A stretch of 64,000 nt of DNA. Source: Candidatus Omnitrophota bacterium. GTDB taxonomy: Bacteria > Omnitrophota > Omnitrophia > Omnitrophales > Aquincolibacteriaceae. Positions 28,725-38,806 of the stretch are shown here, one piece after another. Positions within the stretch are counted from its first letter, which is position 1, and every line of letters starts with the position of its first letter. The stretch is taken from positions 1,410-65,409 of the forward strand of contig JAZDFE010000040.1 of assembly GCA_043808175.1 (NCBI GenBank). The letters run 5' to 3'. A model generated the notes under the pieces. It was given only the letters and a program-made list of their open reading frames with translations. It made no database searches and was not told the origin of the DNA. The position numbers and the translations under genes are program-made.

Positions 28725-29339
28725 TTAGAATTGCATATACGGATTTGTACGCCGTTCATGCTCGATCGTGGAAGAATCCTCATCTCCATAAGCATGACCC
28801 GGAAAAATCTCGAGCGACCCGTCCAGCGAGGCGAGACGTTTAAGGCTCTGCACGATCTTTTTCTCATCGCCGCCCGGAAGGTCGCAACGGCCGCAAGCCC
28901 CCACAAAAAGCGTATCGCCTGTCACGATCCTATTGCCAGCCAGAATGCACTGCGCACCTTCGGTATGACCCGGCGTGTGGAGAAAGGTCATTTCCAGATC
29001 CCCGATCCGGAGTTTGGAACCTTCCTTTGTCTCCACAAGATGCCCTTTGATCTCTTTCAGGTATTTCGCCTCATTCTCATGGACGTAAATCTTCACCCCG
29101 GTCTTTTGGATCAACCCTTCAACGCCGTTCGAATGATCAAAGTGTGTGTGCGTAAGGATCCCCGCCACGACCTTCATGCCGTCTTTCTCGGCTTGCTTGA
29201 GCACCGCATCAACATCCCAGGCCGGATCCACCATCGCGCATTCTTTTTTATTTTTGTCGCCGATCAGATAGACGAAATTCCCCATATACCCCACGGGGAT
29301 CTGTCTGAAATATAAATTTCTGTTATCCACAACAGGCAC
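28725..29339 (-). CDS. MBL-fold metallo-hydrolase (glyoxalase II-like)
   Basis: THTHFDHSNG zinc motif and FLHTPGHTEG. Confidence 0.8.
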   Translation of the reverse strand: MPVVDNRNLYFRQIPVGYMGNFVYLIGDKNKKECAMVDPAWDVDAVLKQAEKDGMKVVAGILTHTHFDHSNGVEGLIQKTGVKIYVHENEAKYLKEIKGHLVETKEGSKLRIGDLEMTFLHTPGHTEGAQCILAGNRIVTGDTLFVGACGRCDLPGGDEKKIVQSLKRLASLDGSLEIFPGHAYGDEDSSTIEHERRTNPYMQF

Positions 29340-29817
29340 AGCCCTTGCTTTTTGCTTTCTCGTAATAGATCACTTCAAGCGTCGGGTTCTCTTGAATTTT
29401 AAGCCGCTTTATTTCTGTAAAAGAAGGCGGGATCTCCGGGTAAAGAACGTCCCCCTCGTAATCGGCGTAGATGCGGGTCAGGTAGATCGCATCCACACGA
29501 TCGATCGTGGTCCGGTAAAGTTCGGCCCCTCCGATGATAAAGGCATGCTCGGTCTTAACGTTCTTCAAGGCCTCGTCCAGGGAAGCAAAGAATGCCTGCC
29601 CCGGGTACGGTTTTTGGCCGCTCCGGTCCAGGATCAGGTTCGTGCGACCGGGCAAGGCCTTGCAGCCGAGACTTTCAAATGTCTTTAAGCCCATGATCAC
29701 GGTTTGGCCGAGGGTTGTCGTCTTGAAATGCTGCAGATCTTTTGAAAAATGCCAAGGGAGTTGATTCCCCTTTCCGATGACGCGATGATTGGCTACTGCA
29801 ACAATGTGATAAAGCAT
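29323..29817 (-). CDS. folA: Dihydrofolate reductase
   Basis: VIGKGNQLPWH...DLQHFKTTTLGQTVIMGLKTFESL...LPGRTNLIL. Confidence 0.85.
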   Translation of the reverse strand: MLYHIVAVANHRVIGKGNQLPWHFSKDLQHFKTTTLGQTVIMGLKTFESLGCKALPGRTNLILDRSGQKPYPGQAFFASLDEALKNVKTEHAFIIGGAELYRTTIDRVDAIYLTRIYADYEGDVLYPEIPPSFTEIKRLKIQENPTLEVIYYEKAKSKGCACCG

Positions 29818-29830
29818 GAATGCTCCTTTT

Positions 29831-29914
29831 TAAAAAAGAAGCAAAGAAACAAGACGCAAAGAAGCATCGAGAAAGATCCTTCTTGGCCTCTCTGGGTCTT
29901 TGAATTTTGCTTCT
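29831..29914 (-). terminator. Long imperfect hairpin + U6 between thyA and folA (terminator/attenuator-like)
   Basis: On the minus-strand RNA, AGAAGCAAA (29914-29906) pairs with UUUGCUUCU (29845-29837) and is followed by UUUUUU. The ~60-nt interior carries further gcaaagaa-type words. Confidence 0.4.
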
Positions 29915-29919
29915 GTGTT

Positions 29920-30714
29920 TTATACCGCTACCGGCGCCTTAATCGCTGGATGCGGGTCATAATGTTCGAGCGAAAAATCTTCGTAATTAAAATCAAAAAT
30001 GCTTTTAACGTCAGGGTTCAGGACCATGTTCGGCAAGGGGCGCGGCTCGCGGGAAAGCTGGAGCTTCACCTGCTCCATGTGATTCAAATAAATATGGACA
30101 TCCCCGAAGGTATGGACGAACTCCCCGGGCTGAAGACCTGTGACCTGCGCCATCATCAGGGTCAAGAGTGCGTAAGAGGCGATATTGAACGGCACGCCAA
30201 GGAAAACGTCGGCACTGCGCTGATAAAGCTGGCAGGAAAGCTTTCCATTCAACACATAAAACTGGAAAAAAGCGTGACAGGGCGGCAGCGCCATCTTCTC
30301 GATCTCTCCGGCATTCCAGGCACTCACGATGATCCGTCGGCTATCCGGGGTTTTTTTGATCATCTCCACTGCTCGCGTGATCTGATCCACTGCGGTGCCG
30401 TCCGGACGCTTCCACGCGCGCCATTGAGCGCCGTAGACAGGCCCAAGATCCCCGTGGGCATCCGCCCACTCATCCCAGATCGTCACGCCGTTGTCTTTCA
30501 GGAACTTGATATTCGTTTCGCCCCGGAGCAGCCAGAGGAGCTCGTAAATCACAGCCTTGGTATAGATCTTCTTGGTAGTAAGGAGCGGAAACCCCTTGGC
30601 CAGATCAAAACGCATTTGATAGCCGAACGCGCTGATCGTCCCGGTGCCAGTGCGATCCTTCTTCTCAACGCCATGATCAAGAATATGTTTTAAAAGATCC
30701 AGATATGGTTTCAT
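29920..30714 (-). CDS. thyA: Thymidylate synthase (ThyA type)
   Basis: [10 protein letters not shown] and [22 protein letters not shown] motifs; 264 aa. Confidence 0.95.
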   Translation of the reverse strand: MKPYLDLLKHILDHGVEKKDRTGTGTISAFGYQMRFDLAKGFPLLTTKKIYTKAVIYELLWLLRGETNIKFLKDNGVTIWDEWADAHGDLGPVYGAQWRAWKRPDGTAVDQITRAVEMIKKTPDSRRIIVSAWNAGEIEKMALPPCHAFFQFYVLNGKLSCQLYQRSADVFLGVPFNIASYALLTLMMAQVTGLQPGEFVHTFGDVHIYLNHMEQVKLQLSREPRPLPNMVLNPDVKSIFDFNYEDFSLEHYDPHPAIKAPVAV

Positions 30715-31814
30715 GCGGGTATCTTTGCCCTCTCGAAGAGCCGCCCTGCGAAAGCGGGCGAGCCGGCGGTGATATTTTTGGGTGAGTCCTTCCCCGGCTT
30801 TGCGGCAGATGGAACGCCTTTCAAAAAATACGTGTCATCGACATTCAGATCGTTAAAAAAAGAAACGCTAAGGCTGAAGACCGCAGGATCCCCCAAGCGA
30901 TTCACATAACAAAGCTCTTTTTTTTCATCCTTAGGGCCCGCATTGAGAAGTGTCTCTTTACCATTTTCAGTCACGGACAACTGCCAAACGGGTTTTTCCA
31001 AACCATACTTCCCGCCCGGATCCACGGCCTTTTGCGCCCGGAGACTGTTCATCACGATGATGAATTTCAAGACCTTGTCAGGATCGGGCGAAGAGGACCT
31101 ATCCTTGCTCAGGAATTTCCATGAACTGTTGAGCGGATCCTTGGCATCGGTCTCACGTTCCAATCCTATGACCCTCGTTTTTTCTTCGCCCTTTAAAAGA
31201 GAGAGGGTGATCTTCGTCACTTTTTCAGGGTCTAAATTGAAAAGGCTGAGGTCTGCCCAAAAAGAACTCTCGGAGGTCGCCCCGTTGGAAGCTGAATAGA
31301 TCCCTAAAAGTTCCGCCACGTTCACTTCCACAAGATAGATGTTTTCACTTGCAGCTTTGCGAATGAAAAAAGCGCTTTCGCCGGCCTGCTTTGTCCCGAT
31401 CCTGAGGTTTTGAAGCAAAACATTCCCGGTGCCGAAAAATTTGATCGAAAAAGCATCCGTGTCTTGTATGCCAAAATCTGCGAAGAGTTTTTTTCCGGAA
31501 CTGCGCAACTCGCCCCGGGCCGAGCAAAGCTGCTGCATGAGCTTTTCCACTTTCAAAGGATCCGCTTTGGCATTCCAAAGGCTTTTTACTTTCCAAATGC
31601 CGTTCTCTTTTGCAAGTTCGACGCTCGACGCTTGACTGCCGCGCCCGATCAGGACCCTTTCAAGTTTTGACGGGTCGCATTCCGCCAGAACAACGCGGTC
31701 CCCTTGCACTGCCCCTGCATTGTCGCCCGCGGAACGGACCCAGGACTTTAGAAGGATCCCTAATGCGAGAATTCCGAAAATGACGCTTAAGACGATGATT
31801 TGTTTTGGTTTCAT
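30711..31814 (-). CDS. DUF4340-like membrane-anchored protein associated with GldG-type ABC systems
   Basis: N-terminal TM helix, beta-rich repeats, and a position directly downstream of the GldG-like gene with a 4-nt overlap. Confidence 0.5.
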   Translation of the reverse strand: MKPKQIIVLSVIFGILALGILLKSWVRSAGDNAGAVQGDRVVLAECDPSKLERVLIGRGSQASSVELAKENGIWKVKSLWNAKADPLKVEKLMQQLCSARGELRSSGKKLFADFGIQDTDAFSIKFFGTGNVLLQNLRIGTKQAGESAFFIRKAASENIYLVEVNVAELLGIYSASNGATSESSFWADLSLFNLDPEKVTKITLSLLKGEEKTRVIGLERETDAKDPLNSSWKFLSKDRSSSPDPDKVLKFIIVMNSLRAQKAVDPGGKYGLEKPVWQLSVTENGKETLLNAGPKDEKKELCYVNRLGDPAVFSLSVSFFNDLNVDDTYFLKGVPSAAKPGKDSPKNITAGSPAFAGRLFERAKIPA

Positions 31815-31844
31815 AGGATTTAAACCGTGCTTAGCCGGATGATC

Positions 31845-34352
31845 TTAAGAAACGGTTAAGCTTTTCAGGTAGAGCTGTTTGGTCCGGCGGCGCATGTACG
31901 CCCGACCAAAACCTGCGAGAGTTATAAGGACAGGCACTAGGAACATCACAAAAAACCGCCATACCACTTTCGCCGGGGCCGAAACCTTGGGAAGCGCGCG
32001 CCCCACCTGCCCTTTTGAGCGGATACCGATCAGCGCGTCTCCCAGCGTTAAGACATCCATGGCGTTCAGAAAAAAGTTCAGATGCCCGCCATTTTGCATC
32101 AGTTGTTTTTGGAAAGGGGTCGCCGCGCCGATCAATAGGAGTTTCCCGGGGCTTGACCGGAAAGGCCCGGACGTTTTCCCTTGTTTTACTTCTTCCGCGG
32201 CCTTGGGTGCTCCCGCGTCAGCGGACGCCTCCGGGGTCCATTCCGGGATCTTCTTATTTTTAAATGCGTCCGCGAACTGTCCTTCGGCCAATATCGCCAA
32301 CGGGAACGGTCCCGGAACGCTCTTCGCGCCGCGTTCCAGCGCTTGGGGCATCATGCCCCCCGGCTTGAACGGCACGGTCCAGGAACGTTTGCTGGAGTGA
32401 AGCAAAGTCTGTACCTTGAGCCCCTGTGTTTTAATTTTCTCCTGATCGATCTTGATCGCACTGCCCCAGAGATAAAAGAACGCCGAGAGGCGCGCCGTGA
32501 TCGAAGTCTGGGTGTTCATCTCGGCATCCGTCAGAAGGATCTGGACGGGCAATTTGACCGGAAAAGAGATCCCGAGAAGTGCCGCGCGCCCGCCACCCGA
32601 AAGGGTGATGGCTTCGTTCTGTTCGTCGGCCAGAATATTTGTGTCGACCTGGAACCCCCAGGCCGCAAGTAGATCGTTCACGGCGGGGGTTTTCTCGCTT
32701 GGAATGATCTCGACGGAGCCGGATTCCTGGGGGTTGTAATTGTATTCGTAATTCTGCACCGCTATGAAGATAGAACCGCCTTGGCAAAGGAACCGGTCGA
32801 TCTCATATTTTTGCCGCTCATTCAAGTGATCCGGTTGGACCACCGCGAGCGTCCTCGTCCCGTCCGGAATACCGGTCTTTTCACTTAGGGCAATGCGCGC
32901 CACCGGATAACCTTCGGACTCAAGTCCCGTCTGCAGATATTCGTAAGGATCATCCCTGTAACTTGCCGGGACCTGCCCTCCCAACTGCCGGAGCAACATC
33001 ATAAGGTTAGGATCGATCGAACGTTCTTTGTAGGGCGCCACCAGCGCGATCTTCGGGATCTCGGGAAGGGTCATACGGTAAAGTTTGGAAATAATGGCAT
33101 ATTCCAGATCGTCGAGATTTCCGGAATGGATCTGCGGCAGGATCTCCTCGGGCTTTTCTTTGTAGGAAATCGTAAGCCCGGAATAAATAAGACGGACCCC
33201 CACTTCATCGGACTGTATGGATTCGACACGGAAAGGCTGAATGCCTTTCTTGGAAAGCTGTTCCTCTATCGTGTTCTCTTTTTTAGTCCCCTCGACCGCG
33301 GTCGCAGCGTCCATGTGAAAAACCTGGTATTGAAAATGGCCTTCGGATACGGCGCGCAGTTCTTCCAACTTGTCACGCGCGTCTTGTTCAAGCGTTTTCA
33401 TGGAAGTAGGCATTTTGTCCGGGCTGGAAACGTAGAACTTGACGGTGACGGGCGACGGAAGATTTTGCAGGATCTTCCGGGTCGCCGGAGAGATCGTGTA
33501 GGCTTGACCTTCGCTCATATCGAAGCGACCCAGAGGGACCCCCGCGACAAGCCAATTGCTCAGAAGAAAGATCCCGGCTGAGATCAGCGCCGCCGTCGTA
33601 AAGATCGATTTTGCCTTAGGCCGCATCCGGCCTTCGATCCAAAACCCGTTCAGCGTAAGCGCCACCGCGTTGCCGACCGCAAAATAAAGCACATCGCGGT
33701 TATCGATCACCCCTTTTGCGAACGCAATGTAATGGTCCGCGGCGCCGAGAAAATGCCGGAGAAAGGTCCCGAGTCCCCCGACCCACCCGTCGATGGAAGA
33801 GGCCACGAATTCCATACCCGTAAGATAAAGCCCGAAGCAGATCATCATGGAAAGGATGAACGCGACGATCTGGTCCCGGTAAAAACCCGACACAAGCGTT
33901 CCGATTGCGAGAAAGAACCCACCCAGGAACGCCGCGCCGATATAGCCGCTCAAGATCACGCCGATATCCGGCCGGCCGAGCACGGCCAGCATCACCGGGA
34001 TCGGGAATGTACAGGCGAGTGTAATAAGATAGAAAAGGAAACTTGCGAAGAATTTCCCGAGCACCAGCTCATGCGATTGCATGGGAAAGGTCAGGAGCAA
34101 CTCCTGTGTGTTCCCCCGTTTTTCTTCGGCCCAGAGACGCATGGAAACCGCCGGCAAAAAGACCGAGAGAAAGAACGGAAGCGTGTAAAAGAAAGCCCGC
34201 ATATCCACGCGGCCGACCAGAAAGAATTGCGTCATGAAAAGCCCGCCGTTTAGGAGCGTGAAGATGATCATGAAGATATAAGCGATGGAGGAGTTAAAAT
34301 AAGCCGCAAGTTCCCTGTTTAAAATAATAAGCAGCTTGGAGCGTTTTCTCAT
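31845..34352 (-). CDS. Fused ABC-2 permease (GldF-like) + GldG-like auxiliary domain protein
   Basis: The N-terminal ~250 aa has 6 TM segments of ABC-2 type. A large extracytoplasmic GldG-like domain and a C-terminal TM anchor follow. It is translationally coupled to the ATPase gene. Confidence 0.7.
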   Translation of the reverse strand: MRKRSKLLIILNRELAAYFNSSIAYIFMIIFTLLNGGLFMTQFFLVGRVDMRAFFYTLPFFLSVFLPAVSMRLWAEEKRGNTQELLLTFPMQSHELVLGKFFASFLFYLITLACTFPIPVMLAVLGRPDIGVILSGYIGAAFLGGFFLAIGTLVSGFYRDQIVAFILSMMICFGLYLTGMEFVASSIDGWVGGLGTFLRHFLGAADHYIAFAKGVIDNRDVLYFAVGNAVALTLNGFWIEGRMRPKAKSIFTTAALISAGIFLLSNWLVAGVPLGRFDMSEGQAYTISPATRKILQNLPSPVTVKFYVSSPDKMPTSMKTLEQDARDKLEELRAVSEGHFQYQVFHMDAATAVEGTKKENTIEEQLSKKGIQPFRVESIQSDEVGVRLIYSGLTISYKEKPEEILPQIHSGNLDDLEYAIISKLYRMTLPEIPKIALVAPYKERSIDPNLMMLLRQLGGQVPASYRDDPYEYLQTGLESEGYPVARIALSEKTGIPDGTRTLAVVQPDHLNERQKYEIDRFLCQGGSIFIAVQNYEYNYNPQESGSVEIIPSEKTPAVNDLLAAWGFQVDTNILADEQNEAITLSGGGRAALLGISFPVKLPVQILLTDAEMNTQTSITARLSAFFYLWGSAIKIDQEKIKTQGLKVQTLLHSSKRSWTVPFKPGGMMPQALERGAKSVPGPFPLAILAEGQFADAFKNKKIPEWTPEASADAGAPKAAEEVKQGKTSGPFRSSPGKLLLIGAATPFQKQLMQNGGHLNFFLNAMDVLTLGDALIGIRSKGQVGRALPKVSAPAKVVWRFFVMFLVPVLITLAGFGRAYMRRRTKQLYLKSLTVS

Positions 34353-35101
34353 ACGCCCGCCCCCTGCGAAGGCATAAGCAGCTGGATAAAGATCTCTTCC
34401 AGGTTTAGATCCCGCGCCGCTTTCCCGGAGTTTTGGACTTTCTCCGCCAGTTCTTGCTTCGTACCCTGCGCCACAAGCTTTCCTTCATTGATGATCACAA
34501 TGCGGTCGGCCAAGGCCTCGACTTCTTGCAGAATATGCGTGGAAAAAACAATGGTCTTTTCCTTGGCGAGACTTTTCACGAGGGAGCGGATCGCGATGAT
34601 CTGGATCGGATCCAACCCCGAAGTGGGTTCATCCAGGACCAGAACTTTGGGATCATGGATCAAAGCCTGCGCAAGCCCCACCCTCTGGCCATACCCCTTG
34701 GAAAGTTCGCATAAAAGATGCTTCCACACGGGCTTGAGCTGGCAGCTATTTTGGACCCATGCGAGCCGTTCCGCGAGTTGGGCTCCTTCAAGCTCGCGCG
34801 CCTTGCCCACAAACGTCAAGTATTCCTCAACCCGCATGTCGCCGTAGAGTGGGACCGTTTCGGGTAAATAGCCGATATGTTTACGGACCTCGATAGGGTC
34901 TTCAAGGATATCAAACCCGTCGACTTTCGCGGTGCCGGAGGAAGGGTAAAGATAGGTCGTGAGGATCCTCATGGCGGTCGTCTTGCCCGCCCCGTTGGGC
35001 CCAAGAAGCCCCAGGACCTCGCCCGGATTCGCTTGAAAAGAAACGTTTTCCAGAGCGATCGCCGGGCCATAACGCATCGTGAGAGACTGAACGTCGATCA
35101 T
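34349..35101 (-). CDS. ABC transporter ATP-binding protein (GldA-like)
   Basis: Walker A GPNGAGKTT, signature LSKGYGQRV, Walker B VLVLDEP. Start is at ATG 35101, with GGAGGAAAAA directly upstream. Confidence 0.9.
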   Translation of the reverse strand: MIDVQSLTMRYGPAIALENVSFQANPGEVLGLLGPNGAGKTTAMRILTTYLYPSSGTAKVDGFDILEDPIEVRKHIGYLPETVPLYGDMRVEEYLTFVGKARELEGAQLAERLAWVQNSCQLKPVWKHLLCELSKGYGQRVGLAQALIHDPKVLVLDEPTSGLDPIQIIAIRSLVKSLAKEKTIVFSTHILQEVEALADRIVIINEGKLVAQGTKQELAEKVQNSGKAARDLNLEEIFIQLLMPSQGAGV

Positions 35102-35110
35102 TTTTCCTCC

Positions 35111-35135
35111 GTACGCCGTACGCCGTACGGAGTAC
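35111..35135 (-). repeat. GTACGGCG-word hairpin just upstream of the ABC ATPase RBS
   Basis: On the minus-strand RNA, GUACUCCGUAC-GGC-GUACGGCGUAC forms 11 bp including one G-U. On the plus strand the same position is a G-A mismatch. Confidence 0.45.
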
Positions 35136-35183
35136 CGCGTGACAGTTGAAAAGGCATAGAGTCCGGTCAGAGTGTTTTTTAAA

Positions 35184-35870
35184 TTATCGCCTGCGGCCAA
35201 AAATGCGCAGAAGGAACAGGAACATGTTGATAAAGTCCAGATAAAGCATCAGCGCCCCGAAAATCGCCAGCTGTTCCGGCGCTCCCGGTATGTTTTGATG
35301 GATCACTTTGAGTTTCTGCGTGTCGTAAGCCGTCAGGCCGATAAAAACCGCGACGCCGCAATAGGAAACGATCCAGCTAAAAGCCGGCGCATGAAAGAAC
35401 ATATTCGCAATGCTGGCAATGATCACGCCCCAAAGGGCCATCCCGCAAAAACTTCCGACCGAGGTCAGGTCCTGTTTGGTCACCCAGCCGTACAGACTCA
35501 CGCCCCCGAACGTCATGGCCGTGATAAAAAAGGCCGAGGAGATCGAGGCGGCGGTATAGACGAGAAAGATGCTCGACATCGTGATACCGTTCAGCAAGGA
35601 ATAAGCTAGAAATCCGATCGTTGCTGCCTGGGCCGAGATCTTCTGGATGCTCGCGGAAAGCCATATGACCAAAATGAGCTCCGCAATGAAGAGAAGCCAC
35701 ATACCGCCTTGCAAGAGAAAGCGCAGAAGCGAGGCATTGCCGATCGTGATGAAGGCCGCGAGACCGGTGAGCGCGAGCCCCATAGCCATCCATTGATATA
35801 CTCGTTGCATGAAATTCGAAAAAACAGCTTCCTGGGGGTATGAGAAAGGTTGATTTTTTGGATCGTCCAT
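35184..35870 (-). CDS. Bax inhibitor-1 / YccA family membrane protein
   Basis: Seven TM segments and a C-terminal basic tail (LLRIFGRRR), typical of BI-1/YccA. Confidence 0.85.
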   Translation of the reverse strand: MDDPKNQPFSYPQEAVFSNFMQRVYQWMAMGLALTGLAAFITIGNASLLRFLLQGGMWLLFIAELILVIWLSASIQKISAQAATIGFLAYSLLNGITMSSIFLVYTAASISSAFFITAMTFGGVSLYGWVTKQDLTSVGSFCGMALWGVIIASIANMFFHAPAFSWIVSYCGVAVFIGLTAYDTQKLKVIHQNIPGAPEQLAIFGALMLYLDFINMFLFLLRIFGRRR

Positions 35871-35977
35871 TTGGGCCTCCGTTTTGTTGATAAATCAAAG
35901 ATATTTTAGCTAAAATTTGCGTAAAGCCCAAAGTGCAAAGTTCTCTTTGGACCTTGCGCCTTAAATCTTGCGCTTGT

Positions 35978-36370
35978 TTAAAGTGTGGACGCCGGCGGCG
36001 GTTCGGCCGGAACGAAAGACGCTAAAAATTCTTTTGTTTTCCTAGCGGGTCTTGCGACGATCGCTTTGTCGCCTTTTTCCACGATGGGACGCTGGAGAAG
36101 ATCGGGATAGATCGCCAAAAGGTCCAGCCACTGGTCCTCGGTGAGTTGCTTTTCGCCAAGCCGAAGGTCCGAATAGAGCTGGTCTTTTTTTCGGATCAAT
36201 GCCTCGACCGGCAGACCTATTTTTTGAATGAGCTCCCTGAGCCTCGCTTTGGGGATCGGGTCGGTGAAATAATCCACCGCGTCAAAATCCGTGTTCGACT
36301 CTTTTAAGATCTGATAAACCTCTTTACAGGTCGTACAGGCCGGTTTTTGATAGATCGTAATGTCAGCCAT
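35978..36370 (-). CDS. ArsC/Spx/YffB family protein
   Basis: MADITIYQKPACTTCKEV... and LLQRPIVEKG motifs. Start is at the internal ATG 36370. Confidence 0.75.
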   Translation of the reverse strand: MADITIYQKPACTTCKEVYQILKESNTDFDAVDYFTDPIPKARLRELIQKIGLPVEALIRKKDQLYSDLRLGEKQLTEDQWLDLLAIYPDLLQRPIVEKGDKAIVARPARKTKEFLASFVPAEPPPASTL

Positions 36371-36386
36371 AATGACTCCGTGGTGC

Positions 36387-36447
36387 GAAGCACGGTGTAA
36401 GGCGTACGGCGAAAAAACGTACCACACCGTACTCCGTATGCCGTACT
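36387..36447 (-). repeat. Intergenic hairpin element sharing both ends with 44136..44197
   Basis: It contains TAAGGCGTACGGCGAAAA and ACTCCGTATGCCGTACT. On the minus-strand RNA, GGAGUAC-GGUGU-(G)-GUACG pairs with CGUAC-(GCCUU)-ACACC-GUGCUUC, with G-U pairs. Confidence 0.5.
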
Positions 36448-36952
36448 AGGTTTTCAAGAAATACAACCCCACATAGACCTTCGGATCCACAAGGAATCCC
36501 TTTTGTTCCATCTCATAAAGCCAAAGGTCCGCTTCTTTGAGCGGCACTTCGTGAATCTTGATGGACTCCGTGACGTCTCCGCCTCCGGGACCTTTCTTGA
36601 CCACGTCCAGGGCCTGAAAAAAGGTGAGAATCTCGGAGCTCAAACCGCTTGAGACGGGCCCCCCCACCAAAAGTGACAAATGCTCCGCCTCATAGCCTGT
36701 CTCCTCCAAAAGTTCGCGGCGGGCGGCCGCCTCCAGCGTCTCCGGATGCTGCGACGTTTTGTCGTTCACGAGCCCCGCGGGCCATTCAATCACCTGGGCT
36801 TCAACAGGCCTCCGGAACTGCTCGACCAAAATGATCTTCCCCTCTTTCGTCATGGGCACAATGACCACGATGCCGCTGCAATGATTTCGTTTGACGTATT
36901 CCCAATTGTCTTCGCAGATCAGATCAAGATATTTACCTTTATGCAGGATCAC
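36446..36952 (-). CDS. NUDIX hydrolase (ADP-ribose pyrophosphatase-like)
   Basis: Nudix box GLVNDK...ETLEAAARRELLEETGY. Confidence 0.8.
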   Translation of the reverse strand: MILHKGKYLDLICEDNWEYVKRNHCSGIVVIVPMTKEGKIILVEQFRRPVEAQVIEWPAGLVNDKTSQHPETLEAAARRELLEETGYEAEHLSLLVGGPVSSGLSSEILTFFQALDVVKKGPGGGDVTESIKIHEVPLKEADLWLYEMEQKGFLVDPKVYVGLYFLKT

Positions 36953-37002
36953 TTTGGTCCTCCTCTCCCCACAAAATTTGTACTCACTCGATCGATGCGG
37001 GG

Positions 37003-38745
37003 TTAAAAACCGGCGGCTTCTCCGCTCGCGCGGGGATCGCTTTCGCCCTCTATTCTACCAGAACCCTCGTCAAAACAAACTATTTGCGCAATCCCGATCG
37101 GGTCTTCATTTTCGATATCATACCCCAAAAGAGCGAGCTTCAGACGGATCATCTCCCGATCATAAAGTCCGGACTCCATGCGGAGGGTCCTGCCCCGGAC
37201 CAAGAGCCTCGGGAATCCCACGGCCTCGGAGCAGGATGCCCCAAGATCGATCTTCTGAACCATCACATTTAAAAGCACAGCCGCCGGGTCTTCCGGGCCA
37301 TAAGCGTTCCATAAGAGAGAAGGTTTTCCGGTTTTGAAAATGAACGCGGGCGCTTCCGGTCCGCGCGGTCTTTGACCCCCGGAGATAATTGCCGCCGAAT
37401 TTGGGTCCTTAACGGATGATGGATCCGCGGCAAAATCGGTAAGCAGGTCGTTTAGGAAAAAACCGTAGCCCGGCACTCTTAACGCCGAACCGAATGCGTC
37501 CCCGAGCGTCGCCGTGAGGATCACGATATTTCCTTGCGGATCCACGACCATGACCGAAGAGCCGACGCGCTTCTTTCCTCTCTCCGGCCCCTCGACCTTC
37601 ATCTCATCCGACTTCAAGATCTGGTCGAATTTGATGGCGCTTGCCCGGTCTTGCGCCCACGCTTCCGAAAGGAGTTCTTTGAGCGGAACATCAAAAAGAT
37701 CCGGATCCGCTACCCCTGAACGATTCGAAAAGGCGATCTTTTGCGTTTCTCCGAGAAGATGATAGGTCTCCGAGACCTGTCCAAAGCCGTGGATGCCGAA
37801 ACCGGAAAGAAGGTTGAGCCCGCGGAACAACATCACGCCTCCGTCTGCCGGAGGCCCCACGCTAAAAAGGTCGTACCCTTGATAAGTCGCATGAACGGGA
37901 TCACGCGTCGCGATCGCATAATCTTCAAGATCCGTCTCGCTCAACAGACCTGTGCTATAAACGTTCTTGTGAACAGCGCGTGTGATCGCGTCTGCAATCG
38001 CACCTCCATAAAAAACCTTTGCTCCTTTGTCCTGGATCAGATGTAGCGCCTTGGCAAGTTCGGGTTGGAAGATTTTTTTTCCTTCTTTAAGGGGAACGCC
38101 GTTCTCAAAAAAAACTGTTCCTTCTGGATCCAAAAGCGCCAATCTCTTTGCGTTCTCTTGAAGCGCTCGGGTGAGGGCCGCGGATACCTCCGTCCCCTCT
38201 TCCGCCTGACGGATCGCCGGCTCCATCAGTTTCGCAAAAGGAAACTTATGTGTCCCGTATTTGGCATGAACCTCTTCCATGAGCTTCAACAGTCCCGGGA
38301 CGCCGACCGGAAGTCCGCCCGTATTTCGTTCGGGCTGGTAAGGAAGGGGCTTTTTATTTTTATCAAGGAACATCTCTGGGAAAGCTTTTGTGGGGGCCTT
38401 GACGCTTCCATCGAACGAAAGAATACGCCTCGTGCCGATGTCATAAAAAAGAAAAAGACCGCCGCCTCCAATCCCGGAACTCTGCGGCTCGACCACCTCC
38501 ATGACCCATTGCGCGGTTACGGCCGCGTCCACCGCGTTCCCGCCCTGTTTCAACACTTCCAAAGCGGCTTGCGTCGCACGAGAGTCCGGACTGATGACCA
38601 TGGCTTTTTCGCCTGTGGCGGCTTGTAGTCCCGGAGAAAAAAGAAGGATGAGAAGAAGCGCGAGTCCGGCGTAAGAGGTATGGAGTGCGGAGAAAATTCT
38701 TGGAAAAAAGTTCTTCGAAAATGCCGTACCTAAGAGGATTTTCAT
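37003..38745 (-). CDS. Gamma-glutamyltransferase family protein (atypical nucleophile region)
   Basis: Signal peptide, then GGNAVDAAV, SGIGGGG and the TATLGDAFGS...FLND motifs of the GGT family. VGSSVMVVD replaces the canonical QTTHYSVVD. Confidence 0.8.
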   Translation of the reverse strand: MKILLGTAFSKNFFPRIFSALHTSYAGLALLLILLFSPGLQAATGEKAMVISPDSRATQAALEVLKQGGNAVDAAVTAQWVMEVVEPQSSGIGGGGLFLFYDIGTRRILSFDGSVKAPTKAFPEMFLDKNKKPLPYQPERNTGGLPVGVPGLLKLMEEVHAKYGTHKFPFAKLMEPAIRQAEEGTEVSAALTRALQENAKRLALLDPEGTVFFENGVPLKEGKKIFQPELAKALHLIQDKGAKVFYGGAIADAITRAVHKNVYSTGLLSETDLEDYAIATRDPVHATYQGYDLFSVGPPADGGVMLFRGLNLLSGFGIHGFGQVSETYHLLGETQKIAFSNRSGVADPDLFDVPLKELLSEAWAQDRASAIKFDQILKSDEMKVEGPERGKKRVGSSVMVVDPQGNIVILTATLGDAFGSALRVPGYGFFLNDLLTDFAADPSSVKDPNSAAIISGGQRPRGPEAPAFIFKTGKPSLLWNAYGPEDPAAVLLNVMVQKIDLGASCSEAVGFPRLLVRGRTLRMESGLYDREMIRLKLALLGYDIENEDPIGIAQIVCFDEGSGRIEGESDPRASGEAAGF

Positions 38746-38806
38746 TTTGAAAGTGTTCTCCGATGGGGGGAACGACTATCACCCGAACGTAAAAGAAAGT
38801 GAGCAG

